A DNA stretch of 34,631 nt from Minisyncoccia bacterium (lineage in GTDB: Bacteria > Patescibacteriota > Minisyncoccia > Phycocordibacterales > CAIZLB01): positions 1 to 34,631 of the forward strand of contig JBGSHK010000019.1 of the NCBI GenBank assembly GCA_041752275.1. Direction: 5' to 3'. The translations under genes were made by a program, and so were the position numbers. Shown piece after piece: positions 16,538 through 24,296 of this stretch (within the stretch, counting starts at the first letter, position 1; every line of letters begins with the position of its first letter). The notes beneath the pieces are model-generated. The model saw only the letters and a program-made list of their open reading frames with translations. It was not told the origin of the DNA and searched no databases.

Positions 16538-17326
16538 ATGACAGATACAAACGACAATACAAACGATATAATAAATACAACTGATGATACTGCAGAGCAA
16601 GCTCCTGTTACTGAGGTTATAGCTTCCATTATAGCCGAAGAAATAGAAGCTGCTGTTGAGGCAATGCCAGAACCAGAGGTTGAAACTCCTTCTACAGAAG
16701 CTGATCACGTTGCTGAAGTTGTTGAGGTTGAAGAAGCTCCAGTTGTCTCACCTACACCTGCATCAGCCCCAGTTGAAGCTTCAAAAACTTTTACTAAAAA
16801 CGAAAGACCGCAAAGAGGTGGTCCAAGACGTGGTGGAGACAATAGAGGTCCTCGAAGAGAAGCTAAACCAAAACCTGAGTTTGATCAAAAGATTGTGGCT
16901 ATAAGAAGAGTAACTCGTGTTACTTCAGGAGGTAGAAAGTTCTCTTTTGCTGTTGCTGTTATTGCGGGAGACAAAAAAGGTAGAATAGGTTTTGGTACAG
17001 GAAAAGGTCTTGACACTGCCATGGCAGTTGATAAAGCTTATAAAAAAGCTAAAGCTAACATGATAAGACTTCCACTTACAAAAACAGGCACTATACCACA
17101 TGAAGTATCGGCCAAGTATTCATCAGCTCAAGTTGAACTAAGACCTGCTCCAGGGAAGGGAGTTGTTGCTGGATCATCTGTTCGTGACGTTATCGAGATC
17201 GCTGGTATAAAAGACGTTATCGGAAAATTAAGATCAGGTACAAAAAACCGTATGAATAACGCTAAAGTTGTTATCAAGGCATTGTCTACTTTATCAGCAA
17301 ACAAAAAAATCAAACATACAAAATAA
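16538..17326 (+). CDS. rpsE: 30S ribosomal protein uS5 with a long acidic plus RGG-rich N-terminal extension
   Basis: IRRVTRVTSGGRKFSF, GFGTGKG, RPAPGKGVVAGSSVR; the core starts only near residue 114. Confidence 0.97.
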   Translation: MTDTNDNTNDIINTTDDTAEQAPVTEVIASIIAEEIEAAVEAMPEPEVETPSTEADHVAEVVEVEEAPVVSPTPASAPVEASKTFTKNERPQRGGPRRGGDNRGPRREAKPKPEFDQKIVAIRRVTRVTSGGRKFSFAVAVIAGDKKGRIGFGTGKGLDTAMAVDKAYKKAKANMIRLPLTKTGTIPHEVSAKYSSAQVELRPAPGKGVVAGSSVRDVIEIAGIKDVIGKLRSGTKNRMNNAKVVIKALSTLSANKKIKHTK

Positions 17327-17351
17327 TATTTTGTTATAATAAAATAAATAT

Positions 17352-17795
17352 ATGCAATTACACACATTAAAAAGAAAAACACAAAGACAAACTAAACAAC
17401 AAGTTGGTCGTGGAAGTAAAAGAGGTAAAACTTCAGGACGTGGACAAAAAGGTCAAACATCACGTGCTGGTCGTAAGCTACGTCCAGAGATAAGAGAGGT
17501 TATCAAAAAGATACCTAAACTTCGCGGTCGTGGTAAAAATATAAACAAATCTTTTGAAATAAAGCCTGTTGTATTAAATTTGCTAGCCTTTACTGAAATC
17601 GAAGCTGGTACAGTTCTTACACCACAAAAACTTGTAGACTTAAAAATGGTTAAACTATTGAAAGGTAAAGTTCCTAAAGTTAAAATTTTATCAAATGGAG
17701 AAATTACAAATTCATTAACATTTAAAAAATTTACAATCTCAAAAGCGGCTATTGAAAAAATAGAGAAAGCTGGAGGTAAAGTATATGTTAAATAA
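17352..17795 (+). CDS. rplO: 50S ribosomal protein uL15
   Basis: VGRGSKRGKTSGRGQKGQTSRAG, KIEKAGGKV. Confidence 0.97.
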   Translation: MQLHTLKRKTQRQTKQQVGRGSKRGKTSGRGQKGQTSRAGRKLRPEIREVIKKIPKLRGRGKNINKSFEIKPVVLNLLAFTEIEAGTVLTPQKLVDLKMVKLLKGKVPKVKILSNGEITNSLTFKKFTISKAAIEKIEKAGGKVYVK

Positions 17796-17800
17796 AATAT

Positions 17801-19078
17801 ATGTTAAATAAAATCAAAGCAATATTTTTAGACAAAACTATAAGAAACAGAATATTATTTGTTTTAGGTATATTGGTAGTTTTCAGAGCTTTATCGGTTA
17901 TACCTGTTCCTGGTGTTAATGTACAAGCTATAAAAGCCCTTGTTGACGGTAACACTTTTTTTCAAGTATTAAACCTATTTTCAGGCGGTGGTTTGTCTGC
18001 CCTATCTATACTTATGCTTGGAGTTGGTCCATATATCACAGCATCTATTATTATACAGTTGTTAACTATGGTTTTTCCAGCCATGAAAGAGCTACAGCAA
18101 GAAGAAGGTGCTGCTGGTAGAAAAAAACTTTCACAGTATTCAAGATTGTTGGCTATACCTGCCGGCTTTATACAGACTTTCGGCATCGTGACTCTTATAA
18201 CAAGACAGTCACCTGAAGTTTTTGGATCAATGACAACTTTTGGTTTTATTCAAATATCTATTATAGTTGTTGCTTCCTCCATGTTGCTTATGTGGATAGG
18301 AGAAAGACTTACAGAATACGGTGTAGGAAACGGTATATCTATGATTATTACTGCAGGTATTATAGCGTCTTTACCTCAAACTTTTTCAAGAATATTATCA
18401 ACTTATGATTCAACCCAATTACCACTTTTTGTATTTCTAGGTATATTTGCTTTGATTATAATAGCTTTGATTATTTACATAACAGAAGCAGAAAGACCTA
18501 TTGAAGTTAACTATGCAAGACAAGCCAGATCACTTTCTACACAAGGTGCTACAGGTTCACATAAAACATATCTTCCTATAAAGCTAAATCAGGCAGGAGT
18601 TATGCCTATTATATTTGCTGTAACTTTACTAACATTTCCATCTTTTATTGGAACTATATTAAGTGGTTTTTCAAATGAAATAGCTCAAAACATAGGTAGA
18701 TTTATAACATTATGGTCACAAGATCAGCTAGTTTACGGAATAATATATTTTATTTTAGTATTTTTATTCACATATTTTTATACAGCTGTAACTTTTGATC
18801 CAAAGCTAATGTCAGAAAACTTACAAAAACAAGGTGCATTTATATCAGGTATAAGACCAGGTGATTCTACTATGAATTATTTATCTTCTATAGTAACAAG
18901 AACAACTTTTATAGGTGCAATTTTCTTAGCTTTTATAGCTGTTTTACCAAACATAGTTCAGGCTTATACAAATATAGTAACCATAAGTATAGGAGGTACA
19001 AGTTTACTTATTGTTATATCAACTCTTATAGATGTTATAAAGAAAATAAACGCACAGATAAGTATGAGAGAATATTAG
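17801..19078 (+). CDS. secY: Preprotein translocase subunit SecY
   Basis: LGVGPYITASII, GVGNGISMII, PIKLNQAGVMPIIFA, IRPG, GGTSLLI; multiple TM segments. Confidence 0.99.
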   Translation: MLNKIKAIFLDKTIRNRILFVLGILVVFRALSVIPVPGVNVQAIKALVDGNTFFQVLNLFSGGGLSALSILMLGVGPYITASIIIQLLTMVFPAMKELQQEEGAAGRKKLSQYSRLLAIPAGFIQTFGIVTLITRQSPEVFGSMTTFGFIQISIIVVASSMLLMWIGERLTEYGVGNGISMIITAGIIASLPQTFSRILSTYDSTQLPLFVFLGIFALIIIALIIYITEAERPIEVNYARQARSLSTQGATGSHKTYLPIKLNQAGVMPIIFAVTLLTFPSFIGTILSGFSNEIAQNIGRFITLWSQDQLVYGIIYFILVFLFTYFYTAVTFDPKLMSENLQKQGAFISGIRPGDSTMNYLSSIVTRTTFIGAIFLAFIAVLPNIVQAYTNIVTISIGGTSLLIVISTLIDVIKKINAQISMREY

Positions 19079-19102
19079 TCAGAAATATTGTACAATAGGG
19101 TT

Positions 19103-19684
19103 ATGAATCAAACATCAATAATATTTATAGGAAGATCAGGTTGTGGAAAAGGTACACAGTCTGGTCTTTTGATTGATTATTTTAAAAATCAAAACATAGA
19201 AACTTTATATCTTAGTACAGGCAATGAGTTTAGAAAACTTATAGCTGAGGGGAATAATTTTACTTCAAAAAAAGTTGATCAGATTTATGATGAAGGCGGC
19301 AGACATCCTGACTTTTTATGTATAACCATACTTGGAAACTTTTTTAAAAATAATTTTGACCCCAACAAAAATATGATTATGGACGGGGGATTAAGATCTT
19401 TAAACGAAGCCCTGACTGTTGCTGATATCTTTGATTTTTATGAAATAAAAGATGCTAAAGTTTTTTACCTAGATGTAGGTCATGAATGGTCAGTTGAGAA
19501 AATGAAAAATCGCAATAGAGATGATGATAATGCGGAGATATTTGAAGCTAAGAAAAAATGGTATGAGGATGAAGTTATTCCAGCCATAGAATATCTTGAG
19601 AAAAATCCAAGATTTAAATTTTATAAAATAAACGGCGAACAAGATATACAAAAAGTTCATGAGGATGTAGTTTCAAAAATTTAA
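19103..19684 (+). CDS. adk: Adenylate kinase-family nucleoside monophosphate kinase (short, LID-less)
   Basis: P-loop GRSGCGKGTQ, LSTGNEFR, RDDDN, INGEQ; lies between secY and map. ATG 19103 is preferred over TTG 19088 because TACAAT (19091-19096) lies 6 nt upstream of it. Confidence 0.85.
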   Translation: MNQTSIIFIGRSGCGKGTQSGLLIDYFKNQNIETLYLSTGNEFRKLIAEGNNFTSKKVDQIYDEGGRHPDFLCITILGNFFKNNFDPNKNMIMDGGLRSLNEALTVADIFDFYEIKDAKVFYLDVGHEWSVEKMKNRNRDDDNAEIFEAKKKWYEDEVIPAIEYLEKNPRFKFYKINGEQDIQKVHEDVVSKI

Positions 19685-19685
19685 A

Positions 19686-20528
19686 ATGTCTAAAATAAAT
19701 ATATATACAGAAAAAGAAATAGAGATTTTACATGAAGGAGGTAAGATTTTGTATACTATAATACACACAGTAAAAGAGCTTGCAGTAGAAGGTGTTTCCA
19801 CTAAGGATTTGGATGATAAAGCAAAAGAAATGTGTGCCGAACATGATGTTATACCAGCTTTTTTAAACTATACACCAGGTGGCGCACCTAGGCCTTTTCC
19901 AGGAGCTATGTGTATATCGGTAAACCATGAAGTTGTTCATGGTATACCAAATGAAAAACCTCGCATACTTAAAAAAGGTGATGTTGTAACGCTGGATATG
20001 GGTTTAAAGCATAAAGATATGTTTACAGACTCTGCTATAACCATGGTTGTAGGTGGATCAGAATATAACAAGATAGGTCAAGAGATGATAGACGTTGCCA
20101 CACGAGCTTTATATACTGCTATAGACATGATAAAACCAGGAGTTAGAACAGGAGATATAGGTCAAGCTATAGAAGATATAGTAAAGAAAAATAAGGGGGC
20201 AAAATTTAAAATACCTACAATCCTTGGAGGGCATGGCATAGGTCATGGTATACATGAAGATCCTTTTATACCAAACTTTGGAAAAAGTGGTGAAGGTGTT
20301 ATTTTGCGCGAGGGAAATGTTATCGCCATAGAACCTATACTTACAGAAAAATCTACCGCAATGAATCAGTTATCTGATGGATATACTTTTGTAACTCAAG
20401 ACAAAAGTTTGGCTGTTCATGTTGAACATACTGTTGTTGTGACTCGAAACGGATGTGAAATCATAACTACTGTACAAAGCTACTGTATAAAAAAAGAGCC
20501 TCTCCGTGACAAATATGGTGGTTTGTAG
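19686..20528 (+). CDS. map: Methionine aminopeptidase type I
   Basis: CISVNHEVVHGIP, DSAIT, GHGIG..IHEDP, IAIEPI, HVEHTVVVT. Confidence 0.97.
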   Translation: MSKINIYTEKEIEILHEGGKILYTIIHTVKELAVEGVSTKDLDDKAKEMCAEHDVIPAFLNYTPGGAPRPFPGAMCISVNHEVVHGIPNEKPRILKKGDVVTLDMGLKHKDMFTDSAITMVVGGSEYNKIGQEMIDVATRALYTAIDMIKPGVRTGDIGQAIEDIVKKNKGAKFKIPTILGGHGIGHGIHEDPFIPNFGKSGEGVILREGNVIAIEPILTEKSTAMNQLSDGYTFVTQDKSLAVHVEHTVVVTRNGCEIITTVQSYCIKKEPLRDKYGGL

Positions 20529-20541
20529 ACACAAAGAGGCT
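20489..20541 (-). terminator. Intrinsic terminator of a minus-strand cassette, overlapping the map 3' end
   Basis: The minus strand reads AGCCTCT-ttGTGtctACAAA-ccaccata-TTTGT-CACgg-AGAGGCT-c-TTTTTTT. Confidence 0.7.
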
Positions 20542-20562
20542 TCAGGTTGTGACCGGAGTCAT
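20542..20562 (-). CDS. Putative 6-codon micro-ORF (MTPVTT) behind a perfect SD
   Basis: AAGGAGGTGA (20578-20569), 6-nt spacer, then ATG ACT CCG GTC ACA ACC TGA. Confidence 0.35.
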   Translation of the reverse strand: MTPVTT

Positions 20563-20657
20563 ATTTCTTCACCTCCTTGTGATCGATCTTCTGCAGGCAG
20601 AAGTATTATACACACAATGAGCACGATGAAATCTCCGATAGATTTTAATGTGTTCAT
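20559..20657 (-). CDS. Putative 32-aa hydrophobic small protein MNTLKSIGDFIVLIVCIILLPAEDRSQGGEEI
   Basis: ATG lies 10 nt after the TTGACA-16-TAAAAT promoter; 13-residue hydrophobic core and charged tail; the stop overlaps the next ATG (ATGA). Confidence 0.35.
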   Translation of the reverse strand: MNTLKSIGDFIVLIVCIILLPAEDRSQGGEEI

Positions 20658-20667
20658 GACATTTTTT

Positions 20668-20695
20668 ATTTTACTCTTATGTAAAAAAATGTCAA
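20668..20695 (-). promoter_or_regulatory. Promoter of the minus-strand cassette, overlapping an 11-bp inverted repeat
   Basis: TTGACA (20695-20690)-16 nt-TAAAAT (20673-20668); inverted repeat TGACATTTTTT (20657-20667)/AAAAAATGTCA (20684-20694). Confidence 0.55.
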
Positions 20696-20710
20696 ATCCT
20701 ACACATTTTC

Positions 20711-20719
20711 TGATATAAT
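20711..20719 (+). promoter_or_regulatory. Extended -10 promoter (TGaTATAAT) of the ATPase gene
   Basis: Lies 10 nt before ATG 20730. Confidence 0.55.
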
Positions 20720-20729
20720 AATATCAACA

Positions 20730-23600
20730 ATGCAACAAAATAATTTAGAACAATTAGGGCAAGAAAATAATACAGCTCAAAAAACAGAAAATTTTTCTGA
20801 TAATAAAACTTTTGCATCTATAGAGGAAGAGTTGGAGTATCTCCGTGGTGAAATAAAAAAAAATCAAGAAAAAAATGGAGAACAGTTTGAACAGGATCAG
20901 ATTATAACTCAAGAGATAAAAACGTATCATGAAGAAACAGGCAGGGATTTGCTACATGAATCATATATACAACCCGATGCAAAAAGGGAAGAGATAGTTC
21001 TAAACCTGGCCCCAGAATCACATGACAAAAACATGGAAGAATATTGGACTTTGATGAATAAAAACGGTATATACAATGCTTTAAATATTATAAAAAATAA
21101 TAATAATTCACATTTAGAAGATGATTTCCACAGATTTTTAGTGGAATACATAAAATCTGGTTTACAGATTAAAAACTTGAAAGAAAATGACCCTATAGAC
21201 AAAAGTATAAAACAAACACTTTATCAAGTTTCTTTACCTGATTTTAAACAAAAAGATTCCAATCAGAAACCGCTAAAAGAGTTGCTGTCTGTGATGGAAC
21301 AATTTTATCTTGGTATGTCGTCCATTGCTGAGGCTGGAAAAAAGTTTGGTGACAGTAAAAACAATATGACTATAGAACTTGCTATAGGTGAAGGAAGTCA
21401 AGAATTTATTTTTTATGTTTCAGTTCCTAGTGATAAAAATGATTTATTTGAAAAACATATATTGTCAATATTTCCAGAGGCTAAAATAGAAATAGAGCAT
21501 AATGATTATAATATTTTTAATGAAGACGGTGTTTCTCTTGGTTCTGTTGCCTCATTTGCAAAACAAGATATATATCCCATAAAAACATATGAAGAATTTG
21601 ATGCTGATCCTATAAATACCATATTAAATTCTTTATCAAAAATACAAAAAGATGGCGAAGGTGCTTCTGTACAAATTATATTTAATAATGTTGGTGATTA
21701 TTATCAAAAACTCTATAGAAAAGCACTCGACGATGTTTTGAAGGGTGAAAATCTTAAAAAAACTACAGATATACGTCATACAATATGGGGTCAATTTTCA
21801 AAAGTTGCAGCCGAAATAGGTAAAGAAGTAGTTGATAGTGCGTTATCTGCTGAAAATAAAAAAGATGAAGAAAAAGCGAAATACATAGATCAAATAGCAG
21901 TTGAGCAAATAAAAAATAAAATATCAACTCCTATTATAGAGACAAATATAAGATTAATTGTTTCAGCTAAAAACAGAGAAAGAGCTGAAAATATATTGTC
22001 TGATTTGGAATCATCTTTCAATCAATTTACTAATGCTTTAGGAAATAGTTTTAAATGGAATAGAGTTAAAGAAAATAAATTAAAAGAATTATTTCATCAA
22101 TTTATTTTTAGACTTTTTGATCGAGATCAAGTTTTACCAGTTTCTATAAAAGAGATATCTACAGTTATGCATTTTCCTATGGCTACACAGTCAAACTTTT
22201 CACCACAGTTAAAACAAACAACTGCAGCAACAGCTCCAGCACCACTGGACATACCGCATAAAAATGAAGGAGTTTTTCTGGGTAAAAATATTCATAGAAA
22301 TATAGAACAAGATGTATACATGACACCTGAAGACAGATTGCGTCATATGTATGTTATAGGTCAAACAGGAACAGGTAAGTCTACTATACTCAGAAACCTT
22401 ATAGTTCAAGATATAAAAAATGGTGACGGAGTTTGCTTTATTGATCCACATGGAAGTGATGTGCAAGATATATTGTCAAAAATACCAAAAGAAAGATATG
22501 ATGATGTGATTTATTTTGATCCGGGATACACAGACAGACCGATGTCACTCAACATGCTCGAATACGATCACTCAAATCCAGAGCAAAAAACTTTTGTAGT
22601 TAACGAGTTGTTTAGTATTTTTCAAAAACTATATGAAGGATCACCTGAGTCTATGGGGCCTATGTTTGAGCAATATTTTAGAAATGCAACCATGCTTGTT
22701 ATGGATGATCCAGATAGTGGATGTACACTTCTTGACATATCAAGAGTTATGGCGGTTAAAAGTTTTCGTGATATGAAAATAGCTAACTGTAAAAATCCTA
22801 TAGTTAAACAGTTTTGGACAGAGATAGCGGAGAAAACTTCCGGCGAGTCAGGTCTTGCTAACATGATTCCTTATATCACTTCAAAGTTTGATGTTTTTTC
22901 TGCAAATGAAATCGTGCGGCCAATCATAGCTCAAGAAAAGTCTTCTTTTAACTTTCGTGAGATCATGGATAGTAAAAAAATACTTTTAGTAAATCTTTCC
23001 AAAGGAAGGCTAGGGGATATAAACTCAAACCTTATAGGTCTAATTATGGTTGGAAAAATACTTATGGCGGCATTGTCCCGTGTGGACTCTTTTGGAAAAG
23101 ATATGCCACCATTTTACCTATATATAGATGAATTTCAAAACATAACAACACCATCCATATCAACTATACTTTCTGAAGCTCGTAAATATAAACTATCTCT
23201 CACAGTTGCGCATCAGTTTATAGCACAGCTTGATGAGAAAATAAAAGCATCTGTTTTTGGAAACGTTGGAAATATGGTTGTATACAGAACAGGATCTGAA
23301 GATGCTGAATTTTTACAAAAACAATTTGAACCTGTTTTTGAAGCAAAGGATATTATGAATATTGATAACTTGAACGCATATATAAAAATGTTGTCTCACG
23401 GAAAACCAACTAAACCTTTTAATATAAGAGTTGATCATATGCCAAAAGGGAATATGGACATTATAGATTCTCTAAAGGAGTTGTCTTATTTAAAATATGG
23501 TAAAGATAGAAATCAAATAATAGATGAAATAGATGCCAAGTTCTCTTCTGATAAACCTAAACCAAAGCCCGTGGCAGATTTGAGTGCTTTTGGGCTGTAG
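20730..23600 (+). CDS. VirD4/TraD/HerA-like P-loop ATPase (type IV secretion coupling-protein-like), 956 aa
   Basis: DRLRHMYVIGQTGTGKS (Walker A), FIDPHG, LVNLSKGRLG, LYIDEFQN (Walker B), ILSEARKYKLSLTVAHQFIAQL, GNVGN. Confidence 0.88.
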   Translation: MQQNNLEQLGQENNTAQKTENFSDNKTFASIEEELEYLRGEIKKNQEKNGEQFEQDQIITQEIKTYHEETGRDLLHESYIQPDAKREEIVLNLAPESHDKNMEEYWTLMNKNGIYNALNIIKNNNNSHLEDDFHRFLVEYIKSGLQIKNLKENDPIDKSIKQTLYQVSLPDFKQKDSNQKPLKELLSVMEQFYLGMSSIAEAGKKFGDSKNNMTIELAIGEGSQEFIFYVSVPSDKNDLFEKHILSIFPEAKIEIEHNDYNIFNEDGVSLGSVASFAKQDIYPIKTYEEFDADPINTILNSLSKIQKDGEGASVQIIFNNVGDYYQKLYRKALDDVLKGENLKKTTDIRHTIWGQFSKVAAEIGKEVVDSALSAENKKDEEKAKYIDQIAVEQIKNKISTPIIETNIRLIVSAKNRERAENILSDLESSFNQFTNALGNSFKWNRVKENKLKELFHQFIFRLFDRDQVLPVSIKEISTVMHFPMATQSNFSPQLKQTTAATAPAPLDIPHKNEGVFLGKNIHRNIEQDVYMTPEDRLRHMYVIGQTGTGKSTILRNLIVQDIKNGDGVCFIDPHGSDVQDILSKIPKERYDDVIYFDPGYTDRPMSLNMLEYDHSNPEQKTFVVNELFSIFQKLYEGSPESMGPMFEQYFRNATMLVMDDPDSGCTLLDISRVMAVKSFRDMKIANCKNPIVKQFWTEIAEKTSGESGLANMIPYITSKFDVFSANEIVRPIIAQEKSSFNFREIMDSKKILLVNLSKGRLGDINSNLIGLIMVGKILMAALSRVDSFGKDMPPFYLYIDEFQNITTPSISTILSEARKYKLSLTVAHQFIAQLDEKIKASVFGNVGNMVVYRTGSEDAEFLQKQFEPVFEAKDIMNIDNLNAYIKMLSHGKPTKPFNIRVDHMPKGNMDIIDSLKELSYLKYGKDRNQIIDEIDAKFSSDKPKPKPVADLSAFGL

Positions 23601-23603
23601 AAT

Positions 23604-23631
23604 TTGACACATAAAATATTTTTGTTAGAAT
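23604..23631 (+). promoter_or_regulatory. Strong promoter with no downstream sense CDS
   Basis: TTGACA-16 nt-TAGAAT with an extended TGn. Confidence 0.7.
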
Positions 23632-23637
23632 ACAAGT

Positions 23638-23762
23638 TACACATTGACGCGCGGAAAGGCCCAGCCAGCTTGCAGCCTTATTTTTAAGGAAGTTGCAAAT
23701 GAGAGAGTGCCGCCTCTCCAATGTGGTTTAAAGAATCTCCTTTATTTTTAAGGAGGTTTTTT
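23638..23762 (+). ncRNA. Putative structured small RNA antisense to the 3' end of ORF 23684-24190
   Basis: GC-rich island in AT-rich DNA. Closing stem CACATTG/CAATGTG; hairpins TTGCAG..CTTA/TAAG..GTTGCAA and GAGAG/CTCTC; bounded by its own promoter and terminator. Confidence 0.6.
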
Positions 23763-24190
23763 AATGTACTGCTTTTCTTTGGACTAGATTCATAATGAGT
23801 TACAACAAAATAACCATTTATTCTATTTGCACCTATTGTTAAAAAATGTGTAGTATTAGGAATCAATTTTATAAGATTTATTTTGTCTATATTTCTTTCA
23901 ACGTTTTTTATAACATAATCCCAATTATTCGCATTTATGATTAAATTTTCAATAACAATTTCTCCATGACTATTCTCTATTTTTGCAATAATATTTTTAT
24001 GTAATATTAAAGATCTTCGTTTGCCATCATTTGATACAAAATCTGGCAATAGTGACAAAGTACATATTTTTAAATCATGTTTTATCATAGAATACAATTT
24101 GTATTTATAATAATTTTCCACAGTATTTAATTCTCTAATAGGTTTACTTATAAATCTTGATTTTTTGTTATTATTTTTACTATTTTTCAT
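23684..24190 (-). CDS. Hypothetical basic protein, possibly a BECR-fold (PBECR/RelE-like) ribonuclease
   Basis: 168-aa ORF; LILHKNIIAKIENSHGE...NWDYVIKN...INLIK...LTIGANR..GYFVVTHYE...LKNLLKNKG resembles phage/CPR BECR nuclease layouts. The fold assignment is my inference. Confidence 0.55.
   Translation of the reverse strand: MKNSKNNNKKSRFISKPIRELNTVENYYKYKLYSMIKHDLKICTLSLLPDFVSNDGKRRSLILHKNIIAKIENSHGEIVIENLIINANNWDYVIKNVERNIDKINLIKLIPNTTHFLTIGANRINGYFVVTHYESSPKKSSTLKNLLKNKGDSLNHIGEAALSHLQLP
23734..23762 (+). terminator. Intrinsic terminator of the small RNA
   Basis: AATCTCCTT-TATTTTT-AAGGAGGTT-TTTT. Confidence 0.75.
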
Positions 24191-24296
24191 ATCTACATCC
24201 TACATGCTCGTATATGAATAAAAATAAAAGAAATTATAAAGATTTAAAGTATTAAATACTTTTACCTGTATATGTATAAAAAGATTTATAAAGAAA

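Noticed and set aside
17327-17351. Absence of rpmD (uL30) between rpsE and rplO
   Set aside because: Real, but an established CPR trait; used for taxonomy, not counted as novel.
20544-20578. Plus-strand hairpin + TCACCTCCTT resembling the 16S rRNA 3' end (helix 45 + anti-SD)
   Set aside because: The loop is CGGA, not GGAA, and no other rRNA sequence is present. Promoter and terminator polarity favour the minus-strand SD reading. An anti-SD decoy role is not fully excluded.
20506-20718. 70-aa plus-strand ORF after map
   Set aside because: It overlaps the map stop and reads through the antisense of the promoter/SD/terminator cassette; no upstream initiation signal and no motif.
23638-23730. 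Identity as SRP RNA, 6S RNA, a known riboswitch or an HDV-like ribozyme
   Set aside because: It lacks the SRP helix-8 consensus, the 6S central bubble, recognisable aptamer cores and a nested double-pseudoknot pairing, so it is left unclassified.
23750-23787. AAGGAGGT-6 nt-ATG micro-ORF MYCFSLD
   Set aside because: The SD-like string is the 3' arm of the terminator stem, and the ATG lies past the U-tract; most simply a by-product of the hairpin.
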